From contig NZIQ01000003.1 in the NCBI GenBank assembly GCA_002691685.1, positions 1,226 through 65,225 of the forward strand: a DNA stretch of 64,000 nucleotides, given 5' to 3'. The position numbers were made by a program, and so were the translations under genes. The notes under the pieces were generated by a model. The model searched no databases and was not told where the DNA came from. It saw only the letters and a list, made by a program, of their open reading frames with translations. This DNA is from Flavobacteriaceae bacterium (GTDB lineage Bacteria > Bacteroidota > Bacteroidia > Flavobacteriales > Flavobacteriaceae). Below are positions 18,803-28,481 of this stretch, piece by piece; position 1 is the first letter of the stretch; each line of letters starts with the position of its first letter.

Positions 18803-19450
18803 ATGAATATTATTGATGTGCAATACACACAAATTTCTAAATACTTAATTGGAGAAATTGTGTCTAAACGTCTTGCAGAGAATCAAATTATTCAGCTCAA
18901 TGAAATCAGCCGAATAACTGATATTTCAAGGTTTAAAGTTAATGAAGTTTTATGTTCTCTTTCTAAAAATGAAATTTTAAAATTTATTCCAAATACAGGA
19001 TATTTTTTAAAGCCATTAAACTTAAAAACAATTCAAGACACCTTTAAAACACTCATACTTCTAGAAACGAAATTAATAGAATCCATAGATTTTGATGATT
19101 TTGATTTTGAATCAAACTTATTTTTTCTCAATAAACTCAAAAAGGAAGAACATATTCGGCAATATCTGGATTTAAACTTAACCTTTCATCGTTCCTTACG
19201 CTTAAAAAGTACGAATACGACTATTGAATTCTTTCTAGAACAGCTTTACACTAAATTGTTTTTTATAGACGTTATGGTTCACATTGATTTAGCTGATCTT
19301 AAAGCAATACTTGATCGTAAGTTTGAGTTGCTTGAAAGCCTGAGGAATTCCAAAAAACATAGTGCCATATACATGTTAAAACTTATATGGGAGGATCATT
19401 TACAGTGCACAACTAATGCACAACGAAAATTCATAAATACAAGAGTCTAA
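18803..19450 (+). CDS. Putative GntR/FadR-like transcriptional regulator
   Basis: An N-terminal winged-helix-like stretch (QLNEISRITDISRFKVNEVLCSLSKNEILKFIPNTGYFLK) is followed by an all-helical domain. It is divergent from the EamA transporter. Similarity is weak and judged by eye. Confidence 0.4.
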   Translation: MNIIDVQYTQISKYLIGEIVSKRLAENQIIQLNEISRITDISRFKVNEVLCSLSKNEILKFIPNTGYFLKPLNLKTIQDTFKTLILLETKLIESIDFDDFDFESNLFFLNKLKKEEHIRQYLDLNLTFHRSLRLKSTNTTIEFFLEQLYTKLFFIDVMVHIDLADLKAILDRKFELLESLRNSKKHSAIYMLKLIWEDHLQCTTNAQRKFINTRV

Positions 19451-19453
19451 GCC

Positions 19454-20881
19454 CTACTCTATTTTTGGGTTGAACCCTTGGGGTAATTCCTGTTTCTCGA
19501 TATCAATTAGAAATCCATTTATAACAGCGAATTTTATTACGTCATCTTTCTTTAGAAAAAAATTGACTTTTTTTGTAGCATCACTATAGCCTTTACCAGC
19601 TTTTATTCTATTCAAAATAACATTTTTAAACGTGTAATTACCCTCAATATGCGGATAGGTTTTAAAGGCATAGCCTTGTTTTAATAAATCCCATTCCGAA
19701 ATTTCTTTTAATGAACCACGATATGTTTTGGGGGATAAATAGGTATATCCTTCAGCATCAAAGCTCTCATAGCCATAGTAAGTAGACAAATCTCCGAAAT
19801 CTACAAGCGCTCCTGAATAACTGAATCCATTTTCACTTGAGTCTTCAACTTCATTTTGATTTATGCCCATATCAACGAGATACTTTTTATCTAATAAAGG
19901 ATAATTTAGATTAAAGACTTTTAAATCAAACATTTTGCGATCATTTCTTGGTATTTTTTCATAGTCGTCAATATCGTTTTGCGCATATTTTTTTGTTGCA
20001 ATTTCATGTAGACTACTCAAAATGATCACAAAATTTAATTTCCTGATGAATTCTTTTTCACGGTCTTTAAAATAACCTCCAGACTCTATTAATACTAGAC
20101 TTGTTCCCCATAGTTGAATATTATCTCCAAAAGCTCTTGGTTCAAAATCATCACTGTAGCGACCGACATGTCCAGGAGTAAACTTTTGTAAAACTTTATT
20201 CATGCTCAACACCAGCTGCATGGATTTAGATCTGTTTTCATTAATACTTTTTTCCTCATTGTATGCGGTTGCAAGAAAAGAGATAGTTGCAGGTTTGGAT
20301 GTAAATTCTGCATTATAGTACCTGCTTTGATCATGTAAATTGTACCCAAACTCTGCTTGAAGTGAATCTCTTACTTTTTTGAGGATTTGACTTTCTGGAG
20401 ACTGTAACCTCAAAGCATCCCTATTAATATCTACTCCTAGCCTATTTCTTCGCTGCCATTTTTCTCCGCCATCAGGGTTTAACAAAGGAATAAAATGAAG
20501 GTTTAAAGAAGAAAGGAGTGTTTTGCGAAAAGCATTGAGTTCGTCATCTTGCTGAAGAAATTCAAAAACATCTATTAAGGCCCTTGTGGCAGTTGATTCA
20601 TTTCCATGCATTTGAGACCAAAGTAAAACAGTGGTTTCGCCTCTGCCCGCACTAACTAAATAAATAGGTTTGCCCTCAATAGATGTTGTGACTGGTTTTA
20701 CTTTAAAGACATTTTTATTTTGTCGCTGAAGTTCAGCATAAACTAATTGAGCAGCTGTTCTTCGTTGTGAAAACCCGCTAACCTTATATTTTTCATAATT
20801 ATTGAAAAGGATATCCTCGAACTCTTGGGCACTGACCAAGAAGGAAAAAAATAGACACATTGATGTGAATAACTTATTCAT
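19454..20881 (-). CDS. M14-family zinc carboxypeptidase, secreted
   Basis: Signal peptide, then WSQMHGNESTATRA (HxxE zinc site), NPDG and DINRD motifs. Confidence 0.8.
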   Translation of the reverse strand: MNKLFTSMCLFFSFLVSAQEFEDILFNNYEKYKVSGFSQRRTAAQLVYAELQRQNKNVFKVKPVTTSIEGKPIYLVSAGRGETTVLLWSQMHGNESTATRALIDVFEFLQQDDELNAFRKTLLSSLNLHFIPLLNPDGGEKWQRRNRLGVDINRDALRLQSPESQILKKVRDSLQAEFGYNLHDQSRYYNAEFTSKPATISFLATAYNEEKSINENRSKSMQLVLSMNKVLQKFTPGHVGRYSDDFEPRAFGDNIQLWGTSLVLIESGGYFKDREKEFIRKLNFVIILSSLHEIATKKYAQNDIDDYEKIPRNDRKMFDLKVFNLNYPLLDKKYLVDMGINQNEVEDSSENGFSYSGALVDFGDLSTYYGYESFDAEGYTYLSPKTYRGSLKEISEWDLLKQGYAFKTYPHIEGNYTFKNVILNRIKAGKGYSDATKKVNFFLKKDDVIKFAVINGFLIDIEKQELPQGFNPKIE

Positions 20882-21551
20882 CTGCAGTAGTTTTTAGATT
20901 TAATTTTCGGGCTTTTCGATGTATGGGTGTTAAAAATTTTTTTCCTGGATCGATCTTTGTTGTTCTGTAATTTTTGTTTTTTTCAAGCCATAAGCTGTGA
21001 TCCTCGAAATTCCGGTATTGCGAATGTCCTATGACATATTCTATAGGATGTTTTTCACTCAGGTATTCTACTAAAAATTTATTGGCCCGTATTTGTGCTC
21101 TTGTCAAAGGCGAGTTTTTTGTACCCCCTACATTTTCAATACCAATAGAGTTGTAGTTTAACCCTATGACATGACGGGCCATATGATTTTCAGGCATGAG
21201 TCGATAGATATGTCCTTCTGGACTTACTAAAAATTGAACAGAAACATTAAGTAGACTCTCTTTCTTTAAGTCGGCTCTAGTATTTGGTAATTCTTCATTA
21301 TAAAATGCTTGAAAAGAACCTTCTGTTGTAGGAATGAAGGTGTAGTGAATCACAATAATTTTTGGAGTGATTTCAATATTATCGACTATCATCTTGTAAT
21401 GGTCGTCAATGTATTTTTTAGTCATTTTCACTCTATTCTCATTAAAAATTATTGGTCTATCAATGATTTCGAAAGAACTTGAGCATGAATATTGTATAAT
21501 ACTTAAAATGCTCAAAACACTAATTCTGTAAAATAAAAAAGATTGTGGCAT
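20874..21551 (-). CDS. N-acetylmuramoyl-L-alanine amidase (Amidase_2/PGRP fold) lipoprotein
   Basis: IVIHYT, NSIGIENVG and HSQY motifs. I prefer the ATG at 21551 (MPQSFLFYRISVLSILSIIQYSCSS, lipobox-like). The tracked start at 21602 is a TTG. The 3' end overlaps the M14 gene start by 8 nt. Confidence 0.75.
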   Translation of the reverse strand: MPQSFLFYRISVLSILSIIQYSCSSSFEIIDRPIIFNENRVKMTKKYIDDHYKMIVDNIEITPKIIVIHYTFIPTTEGSFQAFYNEELPNTRADLKKESLLNVSVQFLVSPEGHIYRLMPENHMARHVIGLNYNSIGIENVGGTKNSPLTRAQIRANKFLVEYLSEKHPIEYVIGHSQYRNFEDHSLWLEKNKNYRTTKIDPGKKFLTPIHRKARKLNLKTTADE

Positions 21552-21671
21552 CTTTTTTTTCCAATTACACCACATTAATAAGTGTTTTGACAACATAAAC
21601 AAGATTTTATTTTAAGGTAATTTCTAAGTTTGAGCAAAAGATATCAAATTATCTCTTTTAGTGTTCATTAT

Positions 21672-21703
21672 AAGCCTCCAATCCCAAAACGGAGGCTTTT
21701 TTT
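21672..21703. terminator. Hairpin immediately after the menB stop
   Basis: aagcctcc-(11 nt)-ggaggctt. The T-run is on the + strand, whereas the only adjacent gene end (menB) is on the - strand, where the trailing sequence is not U-rich. Function and strand are therefore uncertain. Confidence 0.4.
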
Positions 21704-22535
21704 ATGAAATCCATTGATCTTTTTTGAAATTTCTTTGTCTTTTCTCCAAGAAGGCATCTCTACCTTCTTTAGCTTCCTCTGTCATATAAGCTAATCGTGT
21801 TGCCTCACCTGCAAAAATTTGTTGCCCTACCATTCCATCGTCAGTGAGGTTCATTGCATATTTCAACATTTTTATTGAAGTCGGTGACTTTTCTAGAATC
21901 TCTTTTGCCCATTGCAGAGCTGTTGATTCTAATTGACCATGAGTGATAACTTCATTAACCATTCCCATTTCTTGAGCTTCTTTAGCCGAATAGTTTCTTC
22001 CTAAAAAGAAAATTTCTCGTGCTTTTTTTTGTCCGACGAGTTTGGCTAAATATGCAGAACCATAACCTCCATCGAAACTTGTTACATCAGCATCTGTTTG
22101 CTTAAAAATGGCGTGTTCTGCACTAGCAATACTCAAATCGCAAACTACGTGAAGAGAATGTCCTCCCCCTACAGCCCAACCATTAATAACAGCAATAACT
22201 ACCTTGGGCATAAACCTTATTAATCGCTGAACCTCCAATATATTTAGACGATGATTACCGTCACCTCCAACATACCCTCTTTCACCACGTACTTTTTGAT
22301 CTCCTCCACTACAAAAAGAATGAACACCATCTTTTGGCGAGGGTCCTTCACCGGTGAGAATAACAACACCGATACCAGGGTCTTCAGAAACATTGTAAAA
22401 GGCCTCATAGAGCTCCGAGGTTGTTTTTGGCCTAAATGCATTCCTTACCTCAGGTCTATTGATTGCAATTCTAGCAATGTTGCCACTTTTTTTAAATGTA
22501 ATATCTTCAAATTCTTTAACTATTTTCCAATTCAT
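21702..22535 (-). CDS. menB: 1,4-dihydroxy-2-naphthoyl-CoA synthase
   Basis: Crotonase fold with FCSGGDQKVRG, the DGGYGSAYLAKLVGQKKAREIFFLG motif, and the MenB-type C-terminus (FLEKRQRNFKK). Confidence 0.9.
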   Translation of the reverse strand: MNWKIVKEFEDITFKKSGNIARIAINRPEVRNAFRPKTTSELYEAFYNVSEDPGIGVVILTGEGPSPKDGVHSFCSGGDQKVRGERGYVGGDGNHRLNILEVQRLIRFMPKVVIAVINGWAVGGGHSLHVVCDLSIASAEHAIFKQTDADVTSFDGGYGSAYLAKLVGQKKAREIFFLGRNYSAKEAQEMGMVNEVITHGQLESTALQWAKEILEKSPTSIKMLKYAMNLTDDGMVGQQIFAGEATRLAYMTEEAKEGRDAFLEKRQRNFKKDQWIS

Positions 22536-23742
22536 TTTTGATGTCCTTGTAGCGTTGTTTGTATTGAATGTATTTTGAGAAATACTTGTCTTTATTTAAC
22601 TGATTTTGCCATAATAGGTCAATTAGCAAATGTTTAGCTCTGTGCGCCTCTCTAAAGGTATTAAGATAATGCAATTGTTCTACATGTGCTTTATACCATT
22701 TTGAACTGAAGTCTGACAGACAGTTATTTTGAACTTTAACATAAGCTGCATTTAATTTTTTGTTGGTGTAGAGTTGTGAGATTTTATCTATGAAGTTGTC
22801 TGTAGAAGTATACGCTTGTTTTTGCAAGTCATGAGAGAAGCCTTCAAAGGCAATTTGAGAACCTATTGTAACTGTTTGTGTTTCTAGACCTGTCATAACT
22901 TTTCCTTTTAAACCTGCTCCATACTTTAGTGGTGCTAAATTTAGCTTATAAGAGCTCATAGTCTTTTTGATATCTCTCGCCCAACCTTTATAGCTCATTC
23001 TATCAGGAGTATTAGTAAAAAGATATTTAGGATAATCACGTCCGTATATATGAAGTTCTACTTTTGGTAATTTCTTGGCCAGAATTGGCCAGATTTCTTT
23101 TTTTAAATATGCTACTGCATCCGCATTGGGCTCATGTTGTCCATGTCCAACAAAAATTAAATGTTCTCTTTCTTCAAATTTCAATGCATTCGGAGTGGAT
23201 GAATGCCTTAAAAAAGGTATATAAGCGAGTTGCTTATCACTTATATTTAGTTCTTTTGTGAGAAGATCAATTTCTGTGTTCGAAATAATTAAACTCAGAT
23301 CTGCACTAAGAATTGCTTTGACTTCCCTATTGAATAAAGGTTGAGAGTTATAATTTGTTTTTTTTTGTCTTGCGATTCGCAAAAAATGAAGATCCTCAGT
23401 GTTTAATATAAGTAAAGCATCAGGTATAACCTCTTTGCATTGCCATGCGAATTGTTCATAACTGTTTATTCGATCAAAAAGAACGATTTGTGGCCTTAAA
23501 TCTTTTAGATGCTCTTGGAATGAAGAACAGTTTAATTGAATTGACTTTGTCTGAATTTGATGTGTCTCAAAATCATAACTATAAGAGGTTTTCTTAGATG
23601 TTGAAGCGAAATGAATCTTAAAATTCGCGGCTTTTAAAAAAAGTAAATAATCGATTAAATGTCTACCTGCAGCAGTCGTTTCTGGTTCAGGATATCGATG
23701 TCCAATACATAAAACCTCTATTTGATTAGATTCGCTCTGCAA
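22516..23742 (-). CDS. Putative GT-B fold glycosyltransferase
   Basis: An N-terminal Rossmann-like half (EVLCIGHRYPEPETTAAGRH) and a C-terminal half with FVGHG…, …YGAGLKGKV… resemble GT1/GT4 enzymes. The only available start codon is TTG at 23742, which lies 17 nt inside the helicase gene. The 3' end overlaps the menB start by 20 nt. Confidence 0.45.
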   Translation of the reverse strand: MQSESNQIEVLCIGHRYPEPETTAAGRHLIDYLLFLKAANFKIHFASTSKKTSYSYDFETHQIQTKSIQLNCSSFQEHLKDLRPQIVLFDRINSYEQFAWQCKEVIPDALLILNTEDLHFLRIARQKKTNYNSQPLFNREVKAILSADLSLIISNTEIDLLTKELNISDKQLAYIPFLRHSSTPNALKFEEREHLIFVGHGQHEPNADAVAYLKKEIWPILAKKLPKVELHIYGRDYPKYLFTNTPDRMSYKGWARDIKKTMSSYKLNLAPLKYGAGLKGKVMTGLETQTVTIGSQIAFEGFSHDLQKQAYTSTDNFIDKISQLYTNKKLNAAYVKVQNNCLSDFSSKWYKAHVEQLHYLNTFREAHRAKHLLIDLLWQNQLNKDKYFSKYIQYKQRYKDIKNELENS

Positions 23743-25222
23743 ATATTTTAGTAATTCTTGATTTTAATTTCTTGTTGTAATCTTCGACCAACCATTCCTT
23801 ATAGTTCGTAGTGTTATTCATTATACAATAAGAATACTGCTTTATCCTGAAGTCTATTTCTTCCTTAAGCAATTTAGCTAAAATTCGTGCATCAAAAATA
23901 TCATCTGCATTCTCAATGCAAATCTGTGCATGTTGATCGATACTTTTTTCTAATACCACTTTAGACTTTAGACCTTGTGCAAACACCTTTTTATACTCTT
24001 CTTTAACATTGAATTTTAAGCTTTCACTTTTTGAAAATTTTGTTTTTAATTCTGCAGGCATTACGTATTCAAATTCACGTTCAATATCTTCATCATTTTT
24101 AATGTTTTCAAGAAAAAAATCAGGAAAGTGAAAAATTTCTTGCCAGTCCAATGGAATATCCCAAGAACCGAACCGGGCCAAATTATTTCCAAGGTCAATG
24201 ACATTAAAATCTGATTTGTTTTTTAAAATTCTGGAACCTCTTCCTATCATCTGAAAGTATAAAGTCAATGATCTAGTTGCTCGGTTTAGAATTATAGTTT
24301 TTACGGTTGGCTCATCGAAACCTGTTGTTAATATACTAACAGAAGTCAATATGGCATCTGGAGTATTAGAGAACCATTCTAAAATTTCTTTTCGTTCAGT
24401 GGCTGTGTTTTTGTTGTCTAAATGTCTAATAGGTAAACCTGCTTTTTTAAAGTATTCGTAGACCATAAAAGAAGCGTAAATACCATTGTTAAAGATCAGG
24501 GTTTTGGTCCCATTCGCTACTTCATTATAGGCAGAGAGGAGTTTTTGTAACATACTCTGATTTGAGTAGAATTCATCACTACTCTTTACGGTATAATCTC
24601 CATTTATACCTAGCTTGAGGCTTCCTAAACTTAGGTTGTAATTGTAAATATTGGCTTTAGCCAAGAAGCCTTTTTCAATAAGGGATTTTATGGATTCTCC
24701 TATGATGAGTTTTTGAAAGAAACCTTTTAGAGGTAGTTTAATGTTAGAGCTTAACGGAGTGGCTGTTACACCGAGAATTCGAGAATTGTCAAAATACTTG
24801 AATAATTTACGAAAGGCGTTGTAATGTGCTTCATCAACAATAACAAGACCAATATTACTCAAAGTAAATTTTTTGTCGATAATGCGATTATTAAGTGTTT
24901 CGACCATGGCGACATAACACTTATATTCATCAGTTTCATTCACTTCTTTTACGTCACTACCTATAATTTTATTGGATACTCCAAATTCATGGAGCATTTT
25001 AGAGGTTTGTTTGCTCAATTCGATTCTATGAGTTAGGACAACTACTTTTGTATTGGTCTTCTCAATAAACCTCCTCGTTATTTCACTAAATATTACCGTT
25101 TTTCCTCCACCAGTTGGCAGTTGGTACAATAAATTACAATTTTCACTCAATTCATCAAATGCGATGAAAATTTTGTTTAAATCGTTATTTTGATATTGAT
25201 AAAGTTCTTTTTTGTTATGCAT
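23726..25222 (-). CDS. Superfamily-2 DEAH-box helicase (ResIII/RadD-like)
   Basis: Motif I LPTGGGKTVIF, motif II VIVDEAH, motif III TATP, motif VI QMIGRGSR. The ATG at 25222 is preferred over the tracked TTG at 25258. Confidence 0.8.
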   Translation of the reverse strand: MHNKKELYQYQNNDLNKIFIAFDELSENCNLLYQLPTGGGKTVIFSEITRRFIEKTNTKVVVLTHRIELSKQTSKMLHEFGVSNKIIGSDVKEVNETDEYKCYVAMVETLNNRIIDKKFTLSNIGLVIVDEAHYNAFRKLFKYFDNSRILGVTATPLSSNIKLPLKGFFQKLIIGESIKSLIEKGFLAKANIYNYNLSLGSLKLGINGDYTVKSSDEFYSNQSMLQKLLSAYNEVANGTKTLIFNNGIYASFMVYEYFKKAGLPIRHLDNKNTATERKEILEWFSNTPDAILTSVSILTTGFDEPTVKTIILNRATRSLTLYFQMIGRGSRILKNKSDFNVIDLGNNLARFGSWDIPLDWQEIFHFPDFFLENIKNDEDIEREFEYVMPAELKTKFSKSESLKFNVKEEYKKVFAQGLKSKVVLEKSIDQHAQICIENADDIFDARILAKLLKEEIDFRIKQYSYCIMNNTTNYKEWLVEDYNKKLKSRITKIFAERI

Positions 25223-25391
25223 TGAGACGTTGGCCAAATTGAAAAACAATAGTTGCAAAAATAACAGAAAATCTAAGTTTGTAAGTCAAGTTTATGAAAT
25301 TTAAATGATGATAACTTCTTGATAACCTTTTTGAGGAAGACTTGATTTTGTTCAACAATCCATTTAATTATGATTAAATAAATTAGATCAC

Positions 25392-26255
25392 ATGCGACAG
25401 CTCAAGATTGTAAAACAAGTAACTAATAGAGAGTCAAAATCCTTAGATAAATACCTTAACGATATCAGTAAAATAGATTTAATTACCGCTGAAGAAGAAG
25501 TTGAACTGGCACAGCGAATTAGAAAAGGAGATCAAAAGGCATTAGAAAAATTAACGAATGCGAACCTGCGTTTTGTCGTTTCAGTAGCTAAACAATATCA
25601 AAATCAAGGTTTGAAGCTTCCTGATTTAATCAATGAAGGTAATCTTGGTTTAGTTAAGGCGGCACAACGTTTTGACGAAACACGAGGATTTAAATTCATT
25701 TCCTATGCGGTATGGTGGATTAGACAAAGTATTCTTCATGCTCTAGCTGAACAATCAAGAATTGTCCGTTTACCCTTGAATAAAATCGGTGCGATAAACA
25801 AAATCAATAAAACCTTTTCTTATTTAGAACAGGCACATCAGAGGCCACCCTCAGCAGAAGAAATTGCTGATGAATTAGATATGACCATAACAGAAGTAAA
25901 GCAATCTCTTAAAAATGCAGGGAGACACGTTTCTATGGACGCTCCTTTTGAAGAAGGTGAATCTTCCAATTTGTATGATGTTTTGCAGCATGGTGAATCC
26001 CCAAACCCTGAAGGCTCATTAATTCATGAATCTTTGAATACTGAGATTGATAGGATTTTAAATACGCTTAACGATAAGGAAGCAAAAGTGGTTAGATTGT
26101 TTTTTGGAATAGACCAAAAGTCACCTAAAAGTCTTGATGAAATCGGACAGGAATTTGATCTTACGCGGGAACGTGTGCGTCAAATAAGGGAGAAAGCCTT
26201 GAGAAAATTGAAAAAGCATGCTGACAACCCTTTGTTAAAATCATTTCTAGGTTAA
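25392..26255 (+). CDS. rpoD: Primary RNA polymerase sigma factor (Bacteroidota sigma-A)
   Basis: Regions 2-4 are intact ([53 protein letters not shown]). The short 287-aa form lacking region 1.1 is typical of Bacteroidota. Confidence 0.92.
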   Translation: MRQLKIVKQVTNRESKSLDKYLNDISKIDLITAEEEVELAQRIRKGDQKALEKLTNANLRFVVSVAKQYQNQGLKLPDLINEGNLGLVKAAQRFDETRGFKFISYAVWWIRQSILHALAEQSRIVRLPLNKIGAINKINKTFSYLEQAHQRPPSAEEIADELDMTITEVKQSLKNAGRHVSMDAPFEEGESSNLYDVLQHGESPNPEGSLIHESLNTEIDRILNTLNDKEAKVVRLFFGIDQKSPKSLDEIGQEFDLTRERVRQIREKALRKLKKHADNPLLKSFLG

Positions 26256-26340
26256 CTACAGTTCTATGTTTTCTATCTGAGCGTCGGACAAAAGACCGTT
26301 TAGAGCGATTAAAAATTGAACATAAGGTTCACCAAATTGA

Positions 26341-26655
26341 TCATAGTGCATAATCCTCGTAATTTACTTTAAGAATTTGATCTATATAGGCCTGCCCTAG
26401 TGATGCCAATAGCTGAAATCTATTTTTTTCAGAATTTGCATTTATCATGGCTCTTAAAATGTGCATAAGATCCAAATCTTTTAATTGTTTACTGATATTC
26501 ATTTGATTATTTAACAGCTTATGGATGGCTATTGGTTGATTCGCCTTTGCATATTTTGCTAAATTTGAAATGAATTCGATATGAATATTTCTAAATTTGA
26601 AGGGGTATTTAGAGGGTTCTAAATTTGCGAAGTGATGAATGTTATTAATCAGCAT
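26341..26655 (-). CDS. Hypothetical protein
   Basis: 104-codon ORF with no motif I recognise. The frame stays open for 61 more codons upstream with no ATG, GTG or TTG. Confidence 0.35.
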   Translation of the reverse strand: MLINNIHHFANLEPSKYPFKFRNIHIEFISNLAKYAKANQPIAIHKLLNNQMNISKQLKDLDLMHILRAMINANSEKNRFQLLASLGQAYIDQILKVNYEDYAL

Positions 26656-26893
26656 TTTCTTAGGGCTTATACCATAAGAATAACGTGGAATTTTTCCATT
26701 TTGTATTTCTTCTATAGAAAATATTGGAGATGAACTAACATTCTTTTTTATGTATAGAATAGAATTCTGGAATTTAAAGTAATAAGTTAGATTAGGATAT
26801 GAATTAATTTTAGGACTTGAAGCTTTTGTAAATTGAATTTATTTGAGTTTTAGATAAGGTTTAAACTGACCCATTATATCTTCGGTAACAAGA

Positions 26894-27292
26894 TTAAAAA
26901 TTGGTTTTAGTCAGTCTATCTTTTACGAACTCTATTTCTTTTTTACCATGTGCATAAGGCTTTCCTTCCTCATCTAAATTTACTATGATAATATTGTCTA
27001 CGATAATAATCGTTTCGTGTGTCATCTTGTTTCTGACCTCAGAATTCAAAGTAATTGAACTAGTGCCAAAGGAGACCACTTCAATGCCAATTTCGATGAT
27101 ATCGCCTAGTTCAGATGAACTCAGGAAATTAATTTCAGAGATGTATTTAGTTACCAGTCTCTTATTCTCTAATTGAATAATGCTGTAAAGTATAGCTTCC
27201 TCATCGATCCAACTGAGCACTTTACCTCCAAAAAGAGTGCCATTAGCATTTAAATCTTCTGGTTTGACAATGCGTCTGCTGTGAAATTTCAT
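26894..27292 (-). CDS. Acyl-CoA thioesterase (hotdog fold, YciA/BFIT-like)
   Basis: LNANGTLFGGKVLSWIDEEA motif. 132 aa. Confidence 0.8.
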   Translation of the reverse strand: MKFHSRRIVKPEDLNANGTLFGGKVLSWIDEEAILYSIIQLENKRLVTKYISEINFLSSSELGDIIEIGIEVVSFGTSSITLNSEVRNKMTHETIIIVDNIIIVNLDEEGKPYAHGKKEIEFVKDRLTKTNF

Positions 27293-27374
27293 TTTTTAAT
27301 ACAAATTTAATAAAGTCCGTATGTTAATTATACTGTTTAAAAGATGTTTTTTTAGTCATGTTAGATAAGTATGA

Positions 27375-27818
27375 ATGCTATTATCTTTAGGACAAATCGA
27401 GAATACAATGATAGATAGAGACGAGCGTTTGTACAGACAAAGACCTGACCTTTCGGTATCAAAAATAAAAGACAATATGTCTTCTGAAGAATATTTTCAA
27501 AACGCGGTATTAAGACCCATTTTAAAATTTCAAAACGATATTTTAATCGAAATATTCAAGACCTACATTCAAAAGAGAAAGAATGTTTATTACACTTTGA
27601 ATTTAAATCAAAAATTGAATTATATCGCTCATAGTATTCAAAAAGATATCAAGTTTCGCAATCAATTAAAAGGAATAGTTGTAGGGTTATTTAGTCTTAA
27701 GGAGTACCAATTGTATACTAAAAATTCATCCGCTTTAAATAAGCGTATGATGAATTTGATGATTCAAAGAATACAAAATCAATTGCAGTTATTAGAGCGT
27801 GCTACATTATTAGAGTAG
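27375..27818 (+). CDS. Hypothetical protein
   Basis: 147-codon ORF with an alternative ATG at 27408. No recognised motif. Its 3' end overlaps the convergent DUF2461 gene by 9 nt. Confidence 0.45.
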   Translation: MLLSLGQIENTMIDRDERLYRQRPDLSVSKIKDNMSSEEYFQNAVLRPILKFQNDILIEIFKTYIQKRKNVYYTLNLNQKLNYIAHSIQKDIKFRNQLKGIVVGLFSLKEYQLYTKNSSALNKRMMNLMIQRIQNQLQLLERATLLE

Positions 27819-28481
27819 TGATTGACCATTGACGTCTGTGGTCAATACATCGCTCATATAATTAAAAAAAACAGACATAGTTTTAAATCCATTCGAAACT
27901 TCAACACTAAAATTGGAATCTAAAACCTGTTCAAGGTCTAATTTTTTTATAAAAACGAACTGTTTAAAACGAATGAATTCTATCCCTTTTTGGTCTGGTG
28001 AAAATCCTTTTGGAGCTTTTTTTAGTGCATCTCCTTGAAGTCTACCCCAGAATTTTTTAAGACCTGAATGATCAATAACCTCTTTAAATTCGTCTGGGTC
28101 TGCAGCGATTTCCTGTCTTATTCTCAATAAGTCCTCCTTTGAAGGGTTCCAAAACCCACAGGCCATAAAAGAATTTTCGTGCTCTAGATGCAAATAATAA
28201 CCTCCACGACGCTCTCTTCCTCTTCTTACAAAAGAACAGGAAAAATGCGTCTTATAGGGTGTTTTATTCTTCGAAAATCGTACATCACGGTAAATTCGAA
28301 ATATTTTTAATTTTTCGATTTCATCATGAAATTCCATTTTCTTTTGAACCTCCTCAAAAACAGATTTTATAACATTCTTATGTTTCTCATAGTTGGGTTT
28401 ATTCTCATTAAACCACTCCCTGTTATTATTTTCTTTAAGCTCTTTTAAAAATGAAAAAGCCGCTGTTATTTGCTCTGACAT
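27810..28481 (-). CDS. DUF2461 (TIGR02453) family protein
   Basis: NNNREWFNENKPNYEK and FRIYRDVRFSKNKTPYKTHF signature. Its ATG overlaps the AAA+ stop (TAATG). Confidence 0.8.
   Translation of the reverse strand: MSEQITAAFSFLKELKENNNREWFNENKPNYEKHKNVIKSVFEEVQKKMEFHDEIEKLKIFRIYRDVRFSKNKTPYKTHFSCSFVRRGRERRGGYYLHLEHENSFMACGFWNPSKEDLLRIRQEIAADPDEFKEVIDHSGLKKFWGRLQGDALKKAPKGFSPDQKGIEFIRFKQFVFIKKLDLEQVLDSNFSVEVSNGFKTMSVFFNYMSDVLTTDVNGQSLL

Noticed and set aside
23358-23366. T9 (A9 on the coding strand) homopolymer inside the GT-like gene, considered as a slipped-strand phase-variation tract. A similar A9 tract lies at the DUF1611 start, about 12711..12719.
   Set aside because: Both tracts encode Lys runs in a very AT-rich genome, where A/T 8-9-mers are common (for example 6274..6282, 38080..38087 and 21553..21560). 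Without population data there is no evidence of length variation.
26256-26340. Looked for a terminator after rpoD.
   Set aside because: The cggac…gaccg segment is not self-complementary, and I found no stem-loop with a U-tract.
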